A DNA stretch of 64,000 bases from the human T2T-CHM13v2.0 reference genome, Homo sapiens. This document shows positions 26,552-40,417 of the stretch, piece by piece (within the stretch, counting starts at the first letter, position 1; the number at the start of each line of letters is the position of its first letter). Below the pieces are notes generated by a model that was not told the origin of the DNA, searched no databases, and saw only the letters and a list, made by a program, of their open reading frames with translations. The translations under genes were made by a program, and so were the position numbers. The stretch lies in assembly GCF_009914755.1 (NCBI RefSeq), contig NC_060926.1; one strand, given 5' to 3'.

Positions 26552-28045
26552 CTAGTCTTCATCAATGGTCATGAGGGGTATCACCTTTTCTTCTTTCTCC
26601 CATTCAGAAAATTCTCTCTTAAAATGTCCTGGCTTTCCACACTTGTAACATCTACTCATAGTCTTAGGAGCTCGTCCCAGCATTTCCCTTCTTTCTCTGT
26701 GTCAAAATCTGTCATTCCCTTGTCTCCTTCAAGGAGGCTGTTGATCTAACCTTTTTCTGCCTACCTCTTGCACAGTCGAAACAATGATTTTAGCCTTTTT
26801 TTTTTTTTTTTCCTGATTCTCTTCCTCTCTCCTTACAAAGACCTTCTGAGCTTCCCTCAGTAATTCCTCAATTGGTTTTTCATTCCATCCATCAATCTTT
26901 TGTAATTTTTTTGTAATGTCAGGCCAGCTGTTAGTTACAAAGTTAACTTTCAAAAGGCCTTGCCCTATTGGGTCCTCCAGATCTAATCTAGTGTGTTTTC
27001 TCATCTGATCTCTGAGCCTCTGCGGAATGCAAAGGGAGTTTCCTCTTTTTCTTGTTGAATCTTGAATGTCTTTGAGACATTTTGTGTCCTAGGAGTAGAC
27101 TCTTTGATCCCTTTAATTATTAGTTCCCTGAGGTCTTGCATTTGGGCCTTGTCCCTGGAGCATTATTATCCAATTTGGAATTGATATTTGGAAATTTTTG
27201 TTTGGCTGGCAAGACTCCTTGCTCAGGAGGGTATTGTTTCTCCCAGATGGCCGTGGCCACTCTCCTAATTATTCACCTTTATTATTCTGTGAATAGGATA
27301 TTCATGATAGACATCATTTCAGCCTAGGTGTAAAAGCTGGGTCCTAGGAATTAGTGCAGTTGGTCTGCTAAACTGAGAGGATCTTCTAGGAGTTATTTCC
27401 TTCTGGAAATTTCTAACTTCAGCACTTATAAGAGGAGCATTTACAAAGCCAATATCTCCCTATCCTATAGGAACTTCCCTAAGCAGGAACATGCTAGTTT
27501 CCTGCTATGTACAAGGGGTAGGGAAGTTCACAACATCCTTCTAACATTGTTCAAATTATTTTCTTAAATTTGGATAAGGATTTAAAGGAGCAGTTGGTTT
27601 AGCTTCCCCATGGTCTTTGGGTCTTTCTTCCTCTAACCCTCCTGCTTCCCCTTGATCTTCCTGTCCTCTATTTTGTGAGATGTATGGAGAGGCAAGCATG
27701 ACAGGGGGTCCTGGGGCTTTTCCCTGGGAAAGGGATTTTTACTAGGTTATTTTTCTTCTTCTTGTGGGGGTGGGTTTTATCATTCACATAGAGAATTAGA
27801 GCTTGGCACACCCAATCCTCATCTGGCCAAACTTAGGCCAAAAGAACAAAGGCTTACAAATGGGGTCTTTGGGACAGATAAAACAGCAATATTTTATTGT
27901 CTTTTGCTTTTCCTTGTCCCTGTTTCATGGGTTGTTCCTCCAAACTACAGCATTCTCCCCTAAGGACTATCTTGGGGAATGTCAGAGAGAGTCTCTTGGC
28001 TTCCTTTTTCCTTAGTCCTCTAGGCTTAGAATTTCTGTTTCCCAT
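26552..28045 (-). pseudogene. gag: ERV gag, disrupted
   Basis: Starts MGNRNS (myristoylation MGxxxS); capsid LLKVNFVTNSWPDITKKLQKIDGW; decayed knuckle CYKCGKPGHFKREF; ends GAC TAG (26552-26554) in frame with pro, as in gammaretroviral readthrough. Confidence 0.88.
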
Positions 28046-28484
28046 TTTGGGTCAGTCTGTGTGTCAGCTTTTCCCTGTGTACTCAATTCCCACTACTGGA
28101 GGTTTCTTGCACACCCCAACAATTGTTTCATCCATCTCTGGCCGTTTCCCTCACGGTAGAATAGAACCGTGTACTGGGACACCGCATTGACGACATATCT
28201 AGGATATGTCTCCGTCACAAACCCTTGACCTCTGAAAATGCCCAACTACCAAGGCAGCACTTATAGTCCAATTCTCATACCTTGGCTCTTGCATGAGATG
28301 CCCTGATTGCCACAGTGCCTGCTTTTCTCCTCTTTTTCTCATTTCTGCTGCCTCCTGAATAATAGTCTCAGATTTGTCTATGGCCTCTGTGGGGAGCCGG
28401 GATGCCCTGATGGAACAGGCCACTAAAATTGGGTGGGAAGCATCTCCCTTCTTGGCCAGAGTCCCACTCAACACAGGTACAGAG

Positions 28485-28502
28485 ACCCCAGGTGGGGTCC
28501 CA
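28485..28502 (-). other. Degenerate primer binding site (Pro or Thr)
   Basis: Minus strand TGGGACCCCACCTGGGGT 4 nt after 5' LTR; ~11/18 to both tRNA-Pro and tRNA-Thr(AGT) PBS by manual comparison. Confidence 0.55.
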
Positions 28503-28506
28503 AGTT

Positions 28507-28966
28507 TGTGAGAAATACATTCACCCTTCCAAACACAAAGAATGGACTTGGAGACACAAAGAACAGCAGAAGCAAGACTTTTAATGGCGGTCTTGCAAGA
28601 TCAGGTGTCTGGTAGGCACACACACACCCGGGGCAATTAGAGTAGGTAATTTGTCTCCTAGCACACATGTCCCTCCCACAGTTCTTCGTTGGTCAAGTAC
28701 TATGGGGTTACAATCTTCTTGGATGTCGGCTAAGTTTTATTATCCCCTTATAAGGTTATACCCTGGTCCCCTTCCCCCACTTAAGTTTTGATTTCCCAGT
28801 AATGAAACTTTCTTTCCTTCAGTGGGCTGACCCCTCTTCTACATTCTGTTTGCCTATCACAACTTTCTAGGTGCATGAGCCATGCGTTTTGTCACATCCT
28901 CAGGCTGGCTGCCAGTACTTAGAATATCATGCCTTGAAAATGGACCATTTAAAATGTTTTCTCACA
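28507..28966 (-). mobile_element. 5' LTR of provirus
   Basis: Minus strand TGTGAGAAAACATTTTAAATGGTCC...ATTAAA...TTTCTCACA; followed by PBS and gag. Confidence 0.93.
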
Positions 28967-29094
28967 GTCAGCAGCTAACAGCCACATGTCTGCACAGCAC
29001 CTAAAATGGTTATTTTAGTATCACACTCTTATGTATGCATAGAGAGCTCAAGATTGTCAATGAACTTTTAATGAAGGCTTCAAACTAATATTAA

Positions 29095-29290
29095 AAAGAC
29101 ACAAAAAGAAGAAAGAAAGGTAGGAAAACAGGAAGGAAGGGAGGAAAAAAGGAAGAAAGGAAAGAAGGAGGAAAGAAAGCAGGAACGGGGGAGGTAGGCG
29201 GGAGGGAAAGAGAGATGTGGGCAAAAAAGGGGGAGAGAGAGAAAGAGAGAAGATAAAAAAGTACATTTGGAGAAAATAGACAAAGCAGAG
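29095..29290. repeat. Purine-rich (GAAA/GGAA) low-complexity tract
   Basis: Nearly all A/G on + strand. Confidence 0.85.
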
Positions 29291-29299
29291 AAGAGTAAA

Positions 29300-29950
29300 C
29301 TTTTGAAATATTTGATTGATATCTTTAAAAATCTAAAGATGGAGATAAGCTTTACAAAAGAAATATAAAGTCTTCAAAGCAAAAAGATCCTGTGGAAATT
29401 AATTCTATAATGAAATAAATATTTAATATAAACATTGAACTATTAGGTGAAGAAATTTCTCAGGAATTTGGGGGGAAAGACATAGCAACAAAAATTCAAG
29501 GGAAACTAGAGCATTCGAAGGTTAATAGGGGAGGTGCCATATAATAATAAACTTCAAGAAAGAGAGAGAGAGAATGTTGCACAGGAATTATTAAAGAGAA
29601 CTTTAGGCATATTCTCCAGTACCAAAGAACTCAAGTACCAAAACAGTGGCTAAAAAAAAATGTCCTATAGCAAAAGACCTACACACATCCTGAAATATCA
29701 GAACATGGAAATACGACATGATCCTAAAGTTTCTGCAAAGTAAAAATCCAGTTAAATGAAGTTAAGAGATAGAATGCCATTTTATTTCTAATAGCATCAT
29801 TGAAAATTAGAAATAGTGGAGAATACTTTCAAAATACTAAACACACAGTAAAACTTGTATGAAAAATAAAATTATTTACTGAAGCAAACTCCCAATTGAA
29901 AACGTGATTTCAATAAAGATATTTTCAGACATGCATGTTCTGAGGGAGAA
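29300..29950 (+). mobile_element. Ancient L1M/HAL1-like ORF1 remnant
   Basis: A-rich with GAAATATCAGAACA..GATCCTAAAGTTTC and AAAATTAGAAATAGTGGAGAATACTTTCAAAATACT motifs resembling old L1 ORF1. Confidence 0.4.
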
Positions 29951-32454
29951 AATGAACAAACTAGGCACCTTTTGTTCACCCTTTCCAGGGATGTTAGAAT
30001 GTTCTGTAGCCAAATAAGGAAACAAAGCTCATTTGAGTGTGCTCTAAACACACACACACACAGATCAGAAGTTGCCTATGACTTCTCCCAAGTGTTTGAG
30101 AAAACTCTAAGCCCTTTTTTGTATTATGCATTCTAAAGTACTTAGAATCCTCAAACTAATTCCAATTTGTAAATCTTTATCCACGTGTCACCTTCTGAGA
30201 ACTGACCAACATGTAGGTAAATTAATAGAGGTTTGATTGATCTATAACTTAATTATTCAGTAAATTTCTATTAATCTTCTTTAGGTTCTGGGAAGTCCTG
30301 AACTGTACCAATTCTTCCATGAACTAGTCATATGCCTCTGGGAACTCAAGCCCTTCAAGTGAATTGAGGGACAGTTCTTTCCAGTAATATCTGTGGTTGG
30401 GGTGTGGGTTGGAGGTGTAGGGAGACAAAAAATAGATAAGTTAAGCCTCAAAGGGATCTTTCAGAGAAACACTCATTTTATTGGCTTAGTTAATATATAT
30501 TTTAAAGAGGCCAAATTTGATTCAGTGTTTTTCTTGAAGATCTCAGCATAACAATAAGAGAAAGCAGCAGATCATTGAATGTTTTATTATTTTCCCTTAT
30601 TTTCTAAGGCTATTTTATTAGTTAGAGTTATTCAGAAAAACAGAATTTATGAGAGAGAAAGAAAGGTATTTAAGGAATCGGCTAAGTCCAACAACCATAG
30701 AGCAATGTTGTCCTGACTCCATAGTCAAGACACAGCTCAACATAAAATTTCTTAAAACATCATATACACTTTCAATTTGTTCCAATCATGGGGCATTTTC
30801 TATTGCATCCCTCATGGGTTTTTCTATTTCTAAACTTTAAATTCTCTGAAGAGTAAAATTTTTGATTCAGAAACATATATTATTTTTGTTTTTGTTGTTT
30901 TTGCCTTCTCACCACTTTTGATGTAAAATCTCTTGGCACCTATTTGCTCATCCTTTGTAGCAATATGTCCATTTTTGTGCCTTTCTGGACTGAATTAAGA
31001 AAAATTTTCAGGCAAAGGATGTTAAAATACAAAATTAAAAATACACCAAACAAAAGACCATTTCAGTGCATCCACTAAACATGATGCATTTATATTATGA
31101 TAATATTTCCATTGATGGTACTTAAGGACATACAATGAGGGTTCTTTTGAATAATATCAATATAAGGTGAAAAATATTGCTCTCTCAATGGTAGATTAAT
31201 GTCCCACAAACCTTAATTGGGCAACTGTGGGACTAAGACAAAAGATTAATATATGAAACAATAATTTTGAACCACGTAAAAATCCTCAAACAAAATAATG
31301 TAATTACATGGAAGCATTGTGTCCAGAGAGAAAGAAAAATGAGTTATATAGTTTATATATTTTTAAATCATGATAAACTCATCAAAAGATGGCCTGCATT
31401 TTATTATCATTTTATTCTGATTATGGGTCAACAATTCTAAACAATGTCAGTCATAGAACACTTCTCTAAAATATATTTCATTTTTCTAAATTCTAAACAA
31501 TCTTTGTGGCTGCTGTTATTTTTTGTGAATACATGCACAAGTGCCAAATTGGTACATTTCATGATGTCATTTCACATATATTTTATTCTACATGAAACTT
31601 AATTCTAAGAACTCTCAAGTATATAGCTTACCACAACACATATAAACTCAGCAATATATATGTGTTTTGATATTAAACTCAAAGTGGTTGATAATTTGTA
31701 AGCATATGGTGTCCAAGACCCTGTGCCTCTTCAAATTCCTGAAGTTAAGCAGTAATTTCAGAATAAATAATGAAAGGTCTGATTATAAATATGAAGCAAC
31801 AGAGCATGAGTTTCGAAAATGCTGTCATAGTATGTGGTCAATTGAAGTTTTTGTGTTTAAAATTTGAGACTATGAAATAGAACATCAACTATAAAGTTAG
31901 TTTTTGGTATGTGTAAATTTTAGTCTGTACATGAATATTGAATCATAATTTTAAAAATGAACTCTATTATTCTTTAATAATGGCTTTAAAAATAATGATT
32001 AAAAATGTTCATTACCTATTATTGTAGGATTTTTCTGAAAATAATTTTGTTGTCTAGAGATAGAGGAGAGTTAATAACACCTGCATTGAATCTTCTATAT
32101 ATGCCACTGAAAGGGACACATACAACACAACACACACACGCACAGACACACACATACACAGAAACACACCTTATCTACTTAGTACATTTTAAGTTTCTTG
32201 ACCTAAAAACCTGTGGACCACACATAGACCACAGTGAATTCTGCAAAAGAAAAATTAGTAGGTAGGACACATTGGCATATAAACAACTGACTCCCTTTGG
32301 CAGCTGCCTAAATTCACCATGTTCCTTCATAATCCACTGAACCATTATGACCTAAAATTAGAAGACAATTATTGAGCTCTTACAGTGTAAAACATAAATT
32401 AAAATTTCCAAAGAAACATACGTTAAGCCATACGTTAATTTTAAAAATGTATTT

Positions 32455-32571
32455 ATCTAGGATGACTATAGCTAACAGTAAAGCAGTGATTATTACAAAT
32501 AGTTAAAAGAATGTCCCCAGAAAGAAATGATAAATGTATGACGTGATGGGTTACTAACCACCCTTATTGGA

Positions 32572-32624
<53 letters not shown>

Positions 32625-32695
32625 TATGTGTGTATCCAAACATCAAATTATACCGAATAAATAAGTACAATGACAATGATCAATTTAGAAAAAGA
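32455..32695 (+). mobile_element. L1MA 3' end fragment with embedded (TA)n (32576-32627)
   Basis: GACTATAGCTAACA..AAAGAAATGATAAATGT..GTGATGG..AAACATCAAATTATACC..ATAAATAAGTACAAT motifs. Confidence 0.6.
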
Positions 32696-32734
32696 GAAAG
32701 GTATACTAGAGTTTCTTCTCTCACTGTTCATATA

Positions 32735-32932
32735 TACCAAGGAAGTGCAATGTGAGTACATAGCCAGAAGGTGGCCATCTGCAAGCCAGGAAGAGAGCCC
32801 TTATTGAAACCAACCATACTGGCACCTTGATCTTGGATTTTCCAGGCTCCAAAACTGTGAAAAATATAGTACAGTTGTTTAACTTACTCAGTCTATGGTA
32901 TTTTGTTATGGCAGCCTGAGTTGGCTAAGACA
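32735..32932 (+). mobile_element. MaLR LTR 3' part (MLT1A-like)
   Basis: GAAGGTGGCCATCTGCAAGCCAGGAAGAGAGCCC..CTGGCACCTTGATCTTGGA..CAGTCTATGGTATTTTGTTATGGCAGCCTGAG..CTAAGACA. Confidence 0.85.
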
Positions 32933-34312
32933 TATATTTTACCACAATAACAATTATTTTTAAAAATTGTGAAAATAACGTGCACATGATTTTAAACGTA
33001 AACTAGCAGCAAAAATACAATTAAAAAAGAATGTATTGATCTAATTGGTAGAGAAATAAATCACACAAATGTCACATATATATATATATAAAATATGTGA
33101 TGTATTCATATATATGCACATACATATGCCTGTTCATATATGTGTGTATATGTGTGTTAACTTATCTGGAAATTTTAATTTACATTTTACAAGAGCTCAA
33201 TAATCATCTTCTAATTTTAGGTCACAATGGTTTGGTGCATTATAAAGGAACATGTGTGCATATATATATATGCACACACACATATATATATAACACACAC
33301 ACATTGAGATCAGAAAACGTATTTATTATTTTCTGCTGTGTTAGATAAATTTACAAAGATAAGATAGAAGTTGATCTTCTTCATCAGGTTTTGTGGAATT
33401 TTAAAAACTAGAGAATTTTTGACATGCAATCACCCATTCCATGTTATATTATTTTTTAATGATTGTATGTCTTATCTCTTCATTTAAAAAATATTCAAAG
33501 GTTAGGGACTTTGTTTTAAGCTTTGTATTCTCCACAGCATTTAAACAGTTTTAAATACTATTTGCTAAGGATTAAAGTAATGCATTGCACAACAGTTGCT
33601 AGTTTTTATTATCATTATCAAGAGAGATGCAGAATAATTATTCAGGTAAAGCTATTTCAATGTCGACTATAATGCAGGCCTTTGATTCAGAAGTCCTAGG
33701 TGTTTTCTTACTATTATTCATAGGCTCTTTACACCTTATATAATCTCACCAGGTACAGGGAATATTTGCTATTAACATAGCACCTCAGGCTGTGCTGTGA
33801 CATAAATATACTTCCATTTCCATACATTTTCTAGATTATTCAATTATTGTGATTTTCAGAAGAAATAAATAACAAGTGTAGGCTCAATTCTCTTGAGGGT
33901 GATTATCCTTAGACAATAGTTACTAGAAATTCATTGTGTTGAGAAGATAGGAGATATATTTACATTCAAATATGTTTGCTGTTAGCCTATATTAGTTTTC
34001 TTGATCTTTCTATTAAAATACTGAAGATTTTATATTATTTATTTAATGACACTTCTTAATGACAGCTTAGCCACTTCTGCCATTGTATAAATTTGGTATT
34101 CAATGAGTAGATTGTTTTGTTCCTAAAATATTTTTTAAAATATATTTATTTTAATTTGTATATACTTTGACAGGTTTTTTAAAAAGCCATTTTATAATTA
34201 AAGCTTAGTGGAGTTCACCTAGTTTTTGGTTTGGGTAAAAATTCTTTTCACTAGGTCATACAAACAGGTTATCTTCAATTTCATTATTAATGCTTTTTCT
34301 GTCAACACTGTG

Positions 34313-34510
34313 TCTGAGAATATATATATATATATATATATATATACTCAGACTATATATATATATATATACTCAGAATATATATATATATACTCAGAAT
34401 ATATATATATACTCAGAATATATATATATATATACTCAGAATATATATATATATATACTCAGAATATATATATATTCTCAGAATATATTCTGAGAATATA
34501 TATACTCAGA

Positions 34511-34541
<31 letters not shown>

Positions 34542-34548
34542 TATATAT
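34313..34548. repeat. AT-rich VNTR: (TA)n punctuated by CTCAGA, with inverted TCTGAG copies
   Basis: Eight CTCAGA units and two TCTGAGAA units separated by variable (TA)n; perfect 38-bp palindrome at 34467-34504. Confidence 0.93.
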
Positions 34549-34649
34549 CACGCTCCATCACCCACTGCAAAATGAACTACTTTTTAAATATTTTAGTTCT
34601 TATTTTAACTATCTACACTTTTCAATTAATGGTTGTTTTTCAATTTTTG

Positions 34650-35174
34650 GTTTTATCAAGTTTTCATAAGCTCTAACCAAAGAGGGCTTTAAGGTTCGCC
34701 TCAGCTAACTAAACTTTAAACAGGTTCCTTTCCAAATTTAGACTTCAATCTCCATTTTCTTATTTACTTTAGTAAACTTGAAATTGTGAATTCTTTCTCT
34801 GCAGCTTTCAGATATAAATCTTCTCCAAGTCTCTTACTAGTTTTACAACCCAGGAATGTCTTTCTTAGAAACTTAGGAGCCACTCTTTTGAAATATAATC
34901 ATCAAGAAAGATAGTGTTACTTTATTTCAGTCTCTGTCAGATTGGAGGAGCATCACTTTAATAAGCAATGATTAGCAAACATATATGGCCTGATCACACT
35001 GACCAGCCTGCCCTCTAAGATCTTTCATTCGTTTTTCATTAGTTCACCTCACTGTTAAAATCATCCACCCTTTGTTCCAGCAGAGTTGTGTTCAGTATCT
35101 CTCCCCTAACACAATTTTCTTGAGTAAAGTTTTTATTGCCTGTTTAGCTCATTCTGTGAAAATTTACTTTGACA
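34650..35174 (+). mobile_element. Old ERV1 solo LTR (MER67/MER89/MER31-like)
   Basis: TTTTACAACCCAGGAATGTCTTTCT..GGAGCCA.TCTTTTGAAATATAATCATCAAGAAAGATAG.. AGTAAAGT.. ends TTTGACA. Confidence 0.6.
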
Positions 35175-36824
35175 CTCACATAATCCTTATTTTGATAATT
35201 GAATAATGACCTCCTACAGAAGACCAGAATCCTCTCCTCCAAATATAGATCTATCTGTCATCATTTGAGTTAATCTTTATTGGTTACTTTTGCACACTTA
35301 ACATACTATTGCAATATGTTTATGTTTCTATCAGCATAACTTAATTTTAAATTGATTTCATAACCTTTAAAAGCATTATTAGTATTAGGAATTTACTTAG
35401 AATAATACAATTATTAAGATAAAAATAATCTAGGCATAATCCAATCCCATGGATAGGAAAGACTTTACTGGGACAAATAAAAATATGTATAAATCACAGT
35501 TTAAAAATTCACAAAGGCATTTTCCCAATGTCATATAAAAAGTATAGGTGACATCTGGTTCAGCATTTCAGTCAGGTTCGATTATGGTGAATGTAATGAT
35601 TTGGTACACCAGGAGAAATATTGAGATTTTCAAAAAGACTAAGATGGTGACTGGCTCAGGGAGCTGAGCTGCCACTGTTGAGACTCTGTGGAGCCTGCAC
35701 ACCTTTTCATCTGTGCTGCTACTAGCACCTCTTCTTTCTAATCACAGAGCTTCAGGTATGGGAGAATTGTTCTGTCATCATATAAGCACTGTAACAGACC
35801 TCTCTTCAAGAATGAAATGCTCTAAATAGCTTGTGGATCTGGCTTACAGCGTATTATTGGACACATATGGTTTTATAGGAAAAAGTTACAAGTCACCATA
35901 AAAAGAGTTAAGAGTAGATTCAGGGAAATAGCAGCAACTGATAACAAGTTTAGACTACATGTTCTAAGACAAAAAAGAGAATGAAATTTTATCAAGCAAA
36001 GAAGAGGTTTAGTAAATATATTCTTATGGAATTGTTAGAAATTGAACTTCTTATTGTCCAGGAAGTATGGAGATCTAATTTTTCTTTATAAAAGTGTTAC
36101 AGGAATCCACCATTTTTATTCTTTCTACACAGCATAATGATTATTTCCTAGTTCTATTGATAATTAAGTACTTTCCACAAAATACATTTATTATTAAAAA
36201 TATAAATCTCTCTATATTATCCTTTTAATAACTTGTGCATAAAAATTACCTGTTTGAGACATTCAACAAGTTTTTTGCATATAATTACTTTTTCTGAATT
36301 TTAATGTGACTTTTTTTCCTCTCGAATTAAGCAATTAAAAAACTAATGGCTCATATCAATTTTAATGTAATGGTTCAAAATTACACACTTGCACATGTAT
36401 ATAACACTCACATCCACTTAAATATAACTGTGCACACATGCACAGTTATATTTATTTGTAGATTGTGTCCTTTGAAAATATTTTCCTAGATTTTGTTTTT
36501 TATTTTTCTGCTCTCTACACAATATTTTCTTTTCAAATTCTAGCACATCATTTGTTTACATTAAAATTTATGAATTTGTCATTTTCTAAACATCCTACAG
36601 TCATTTTGCATTATTCTTTTACCCTCACTGGCATGTGCCAACACTCAGCAATTTATTTCATTTGAAAATCTTTATAAATAAAATACAACACCAATCCACT
36701 CAAATATAAATGTGCAAGAGTATATGCTAACCTTTGTTTGTTTAGTTTAGTGGGTACATGATTCTGTTTCATGGAGAGAACAGAACAATCAGGATATGAT
36801 TCTTAGGACACAGGACCTCTGGAA

Positions 36825-37042
36825 TATAGCAGCATGATTAAGAGTGTGCCCTCTGGAGCCTGATTACCTAGGTCTTCATCCTGGCTACTGCCCTTACCAG
36901 CAAACTTGTATAAGTTTTTTTTCTGTATTTTAATTTCCTCATGTGAAATAGGGGCAATTCAATATTAATATTTTGATACATATAAAATACTTCAAATACT
37001 AGTATGCAGTAAACATTCAATAAATGTTAGTTCCCATTATTA
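36825..37042 (+). mobile_element. MIR
   Basis: TTAAGAGTGTG..CTCTGGAGCC..CCTAGGT..ATCCTGGCT..TTTCCTCATGTGAAATAGGG..CATTCAATAAATGTTAG. Confidence 0.7.
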
Positions 37043-37452
37043 AGTATGGGTTAGAAAAATAATCTAGGAATGAATTTAAAGCACATGATCAGATTGCTGG
37101 CAATAAACACTTCAGTTTTCCAGTTTCCTGGAACAACTCATGAATACAATTCACTTGTGGGAGTATTTCATTCAGGGAAAGAGATGTCTTTGAAAAAATC
37201 ATTGACCCCTTGTTTTTCAAGGCCTTGAGTTTAGAGACAGAGAAACATTTAATAGGGGCCTACATCCCATGGCAGTGTCTTTGTTATAAAAATTATACGG
37301 AAAAAACACAGGTAGCAAAACCACATATTCCTTTTCTTAGAGACACTACAAGGCTTAGAGAGGGATCAATAATGATCTGTAGGCAGATTTAAAAGAAGAA
37401 CCTGCCATGTTGAAAAACAGAGTAAGTGATTTGGAACATTAAATAAGTATTA

Positions 37453-37807
<355 letters not shown>

Positions 37808-39279
37808 TCAGTTTGGTACACATTTAGGATATTGTCTTTATAAGTAGAATACATACTGATCTAGAAAAGTGAAATCCTAGTTTCTTTAATAGCCATTTCA
37901 ACAAATGCTATCATGAAACTCTTTACAAATAAACATCAAGCTATTCAGACATTTCTACTTAATAAATGAATACAATATATAGTATTGAGTTTCTATATTT
38001 GAAAGTATATTGAAATCTTTCACATCCAGTGAATTTGTTTTATAATGCAATGTTTATATATAATAACTACTACTCCTGGATAAACCAAAAGACAAACTGC
38101 AAATCCGAATTGAAGATTCTTCTCCTAAAACTAGCGATGAATTGAAAATGTTACCCAAATATAAAACTAGAGTGTCTTCTACCAGAGTAACTTATAACAG
38201 AATGGAAATCTGCATAGACATCCACGTTTTTCATTTATTGAAAGAGCTGTAGTACATCATCTCTTACATGTTGTTTATCCTAAAAAACAGAATATCTACA
38301 CGTGTTAAAGATGATTTTAAATTTTTATAAAAAATAGAATATACTTTACAGCAGGAAAACAAGTCTAAGAAAAATATATTAACTGGAATGTTTTTTTGTC
38401 TGGAGTATTTCAAGTGAATTCATTTGTATTTTTCTTTCCCTGTCAAATTGATTTCCACTTACTTAAAATTGACTTCTCAATTTCCAGCTCCCAGAAGAGT
38501 CTAGTGTTCTGGTTGAGAGAACTACCTAAAGCTCAACTCAAAATCTAAATCTTTTCTAGTATCAAAATATGTTTATAAGAAGATGTTTAGATGTCAATAG
38601 GGAGGGGAGGAGGGACAAGGTTTTATTAGACCTGTCATTCAGAAAATTATTTTGATGAAAATTTTCATCACTTACACCAACTGCAATTTATTCATGGTCT
38701 TGGGAAAATAGCATACCTATGATAACACAGGCTTCCTCAAATATAACTTTTATATATAGCCAAAGAGTCAAAATCAGGCTAAATGTGATAATATCTTAAT
38801 TGATATTAATAGGTAAAGTTTATAACATAAATATTTCAAAAATATAAGGTTATGTATTCTCTCTTAATGTGTTGTTCTTTCTATCCTTTATCAAATTTGT
38901 ACTTCTTATCTTCTCAGTACAGAATTCAGTGCTTCCAACACAGGACCTACATCATAGCAGAAATTTAATAAATATATTTTAATTAAATGTATAAATGAGC
39001 AAATGTATCCAAAAATCTTACAAGTTTTATGTGCAGAAATATTACAGCATTATTTAATACAGTGAAAAGCTAATAATCTAAAAGCTAATAAAACAAATAG
39101 TTTACTATTATAATCCCTGTGAATGCAGAACTATCATTAAAACTGAACATCCCATGTAACATTTAGCAAGAAGACTGAGGAATTTAACAAGACTGTGCAT
39201 ACCTCTACTATTACCCATAATCATACATGGCAGGATATAGTATATGTCTAAGTGCCTATATTCCTACCTTACTCTATTT

Positions 39280-39390
39280 ACCCTGAGCTCCTTAAGGGCA
39301 GATACAGTACCCGCTGCATCTTGTGTCTCTACTGGCTGTTGCATAGTATAAAGTAAGCATTCAGTATATGTTTCTTGACTAAATTAATAA
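39280..39390 (+). mobile_element. L2 3' end fragment
   Basis: TGAGCTCCTTAAGGGCAGA..CATAGT..AGTAAGCATTCAGTATATGTTT..TGACTAAAT. Confidence 0.5.
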
Positions 39391-39667
39391 AACAAAAACA
39401 ATTCCTGTAAAAAACAAAGTTACCAAGTCTTAATGAAGAAAACATCTGCCTTGTATGTTTCTACTGTTGGGAATAAAAATAGGGACAAACACTTTGGGGA
39501 AAAAAGGAAAAAAGGTTATGAGAAAATAATACATGCAAATACATCATGGTCAAGCAAGTCTTATTTTCATGTATACATGCTAGAAAGACTAGGTCACATG
39601 TACAAAAAAGTGCATAACACACATGTATGAGAAAGTGCATAACACCACTGTCTTTAATTGTTGAGCA

Positions 39668-39832
39668 GTGGGGGGCTAGGAGATGGATAGCATTAGGAGA
39701 AATACTAATGTAGATGACGGGTTGATGGGTGCAGCAAACCACCATGGCATGTGTATACCTATGTAACAAACCTGCACATTCTGCACATGTACCCCAGAAC
39801 TTAAAGTATAATAAAATAAATAAATAAAATAT
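39668..39832 (+). mobile_element. Short 5'-truncated L1PA (L1PA7/8-like) 3' end
   Basis: GGATAGCATTAGGAGAAATA.CTAATGTAGATGACGGGTTGATGGGTGCAGCAAACCACCATGGC..CCCAGAACTTAAAGTATAATAAAA. Confidence 0.9.
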
Positions 39833-40072
39833 ACAATATATAAAAAAAGAAAGAAAATATCTAACATTAATGTCTCTGTGACACTAGAAGGCAGGGAGAA
39901 GGAAGGTGGGCTGAAAAAGCACACCCTTAAGTCATTATTTGAAGAAATAATGGCTGAAAATTTTCCAAAAAAATAAATAACATCCATGATTTATTGAGCA
40001 CTTATAAAATACCAAGAATCTCTTTTCTGTGTTATGTGAATTCATAGTGAAATCTTAAGAGTGGCATCTTAA

Positions 40073-40417
<345 letters not shown>

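Larger units (their letters stand above)
20544..28966 (-). mobile_element. Full-length class I (gamma-like) endogenous provirus, HERV-I/ADP-related, probably HERVP71A with LTR71
   Basis: Two ~460-bp LTRs, 5-bp TSD GTAAG (20539-20543)/GTCAG (28967-28971), PBS, PPT, colinear gag-pro-pol-env remnants. Provirus is certain; family name is from recalled consensus only. Confidence 0.9.

Noticed and set aside
34313-34530. Repeat-spacer appearance resembling a CRISPR array; ORFs 34226-34669 and 34290-34493
   Set aside because: Repeats are 6-8 bp, spacers are pure (TA)n, host is primate DNA with no cas genes; ORFs are IY-repeat artefacts.
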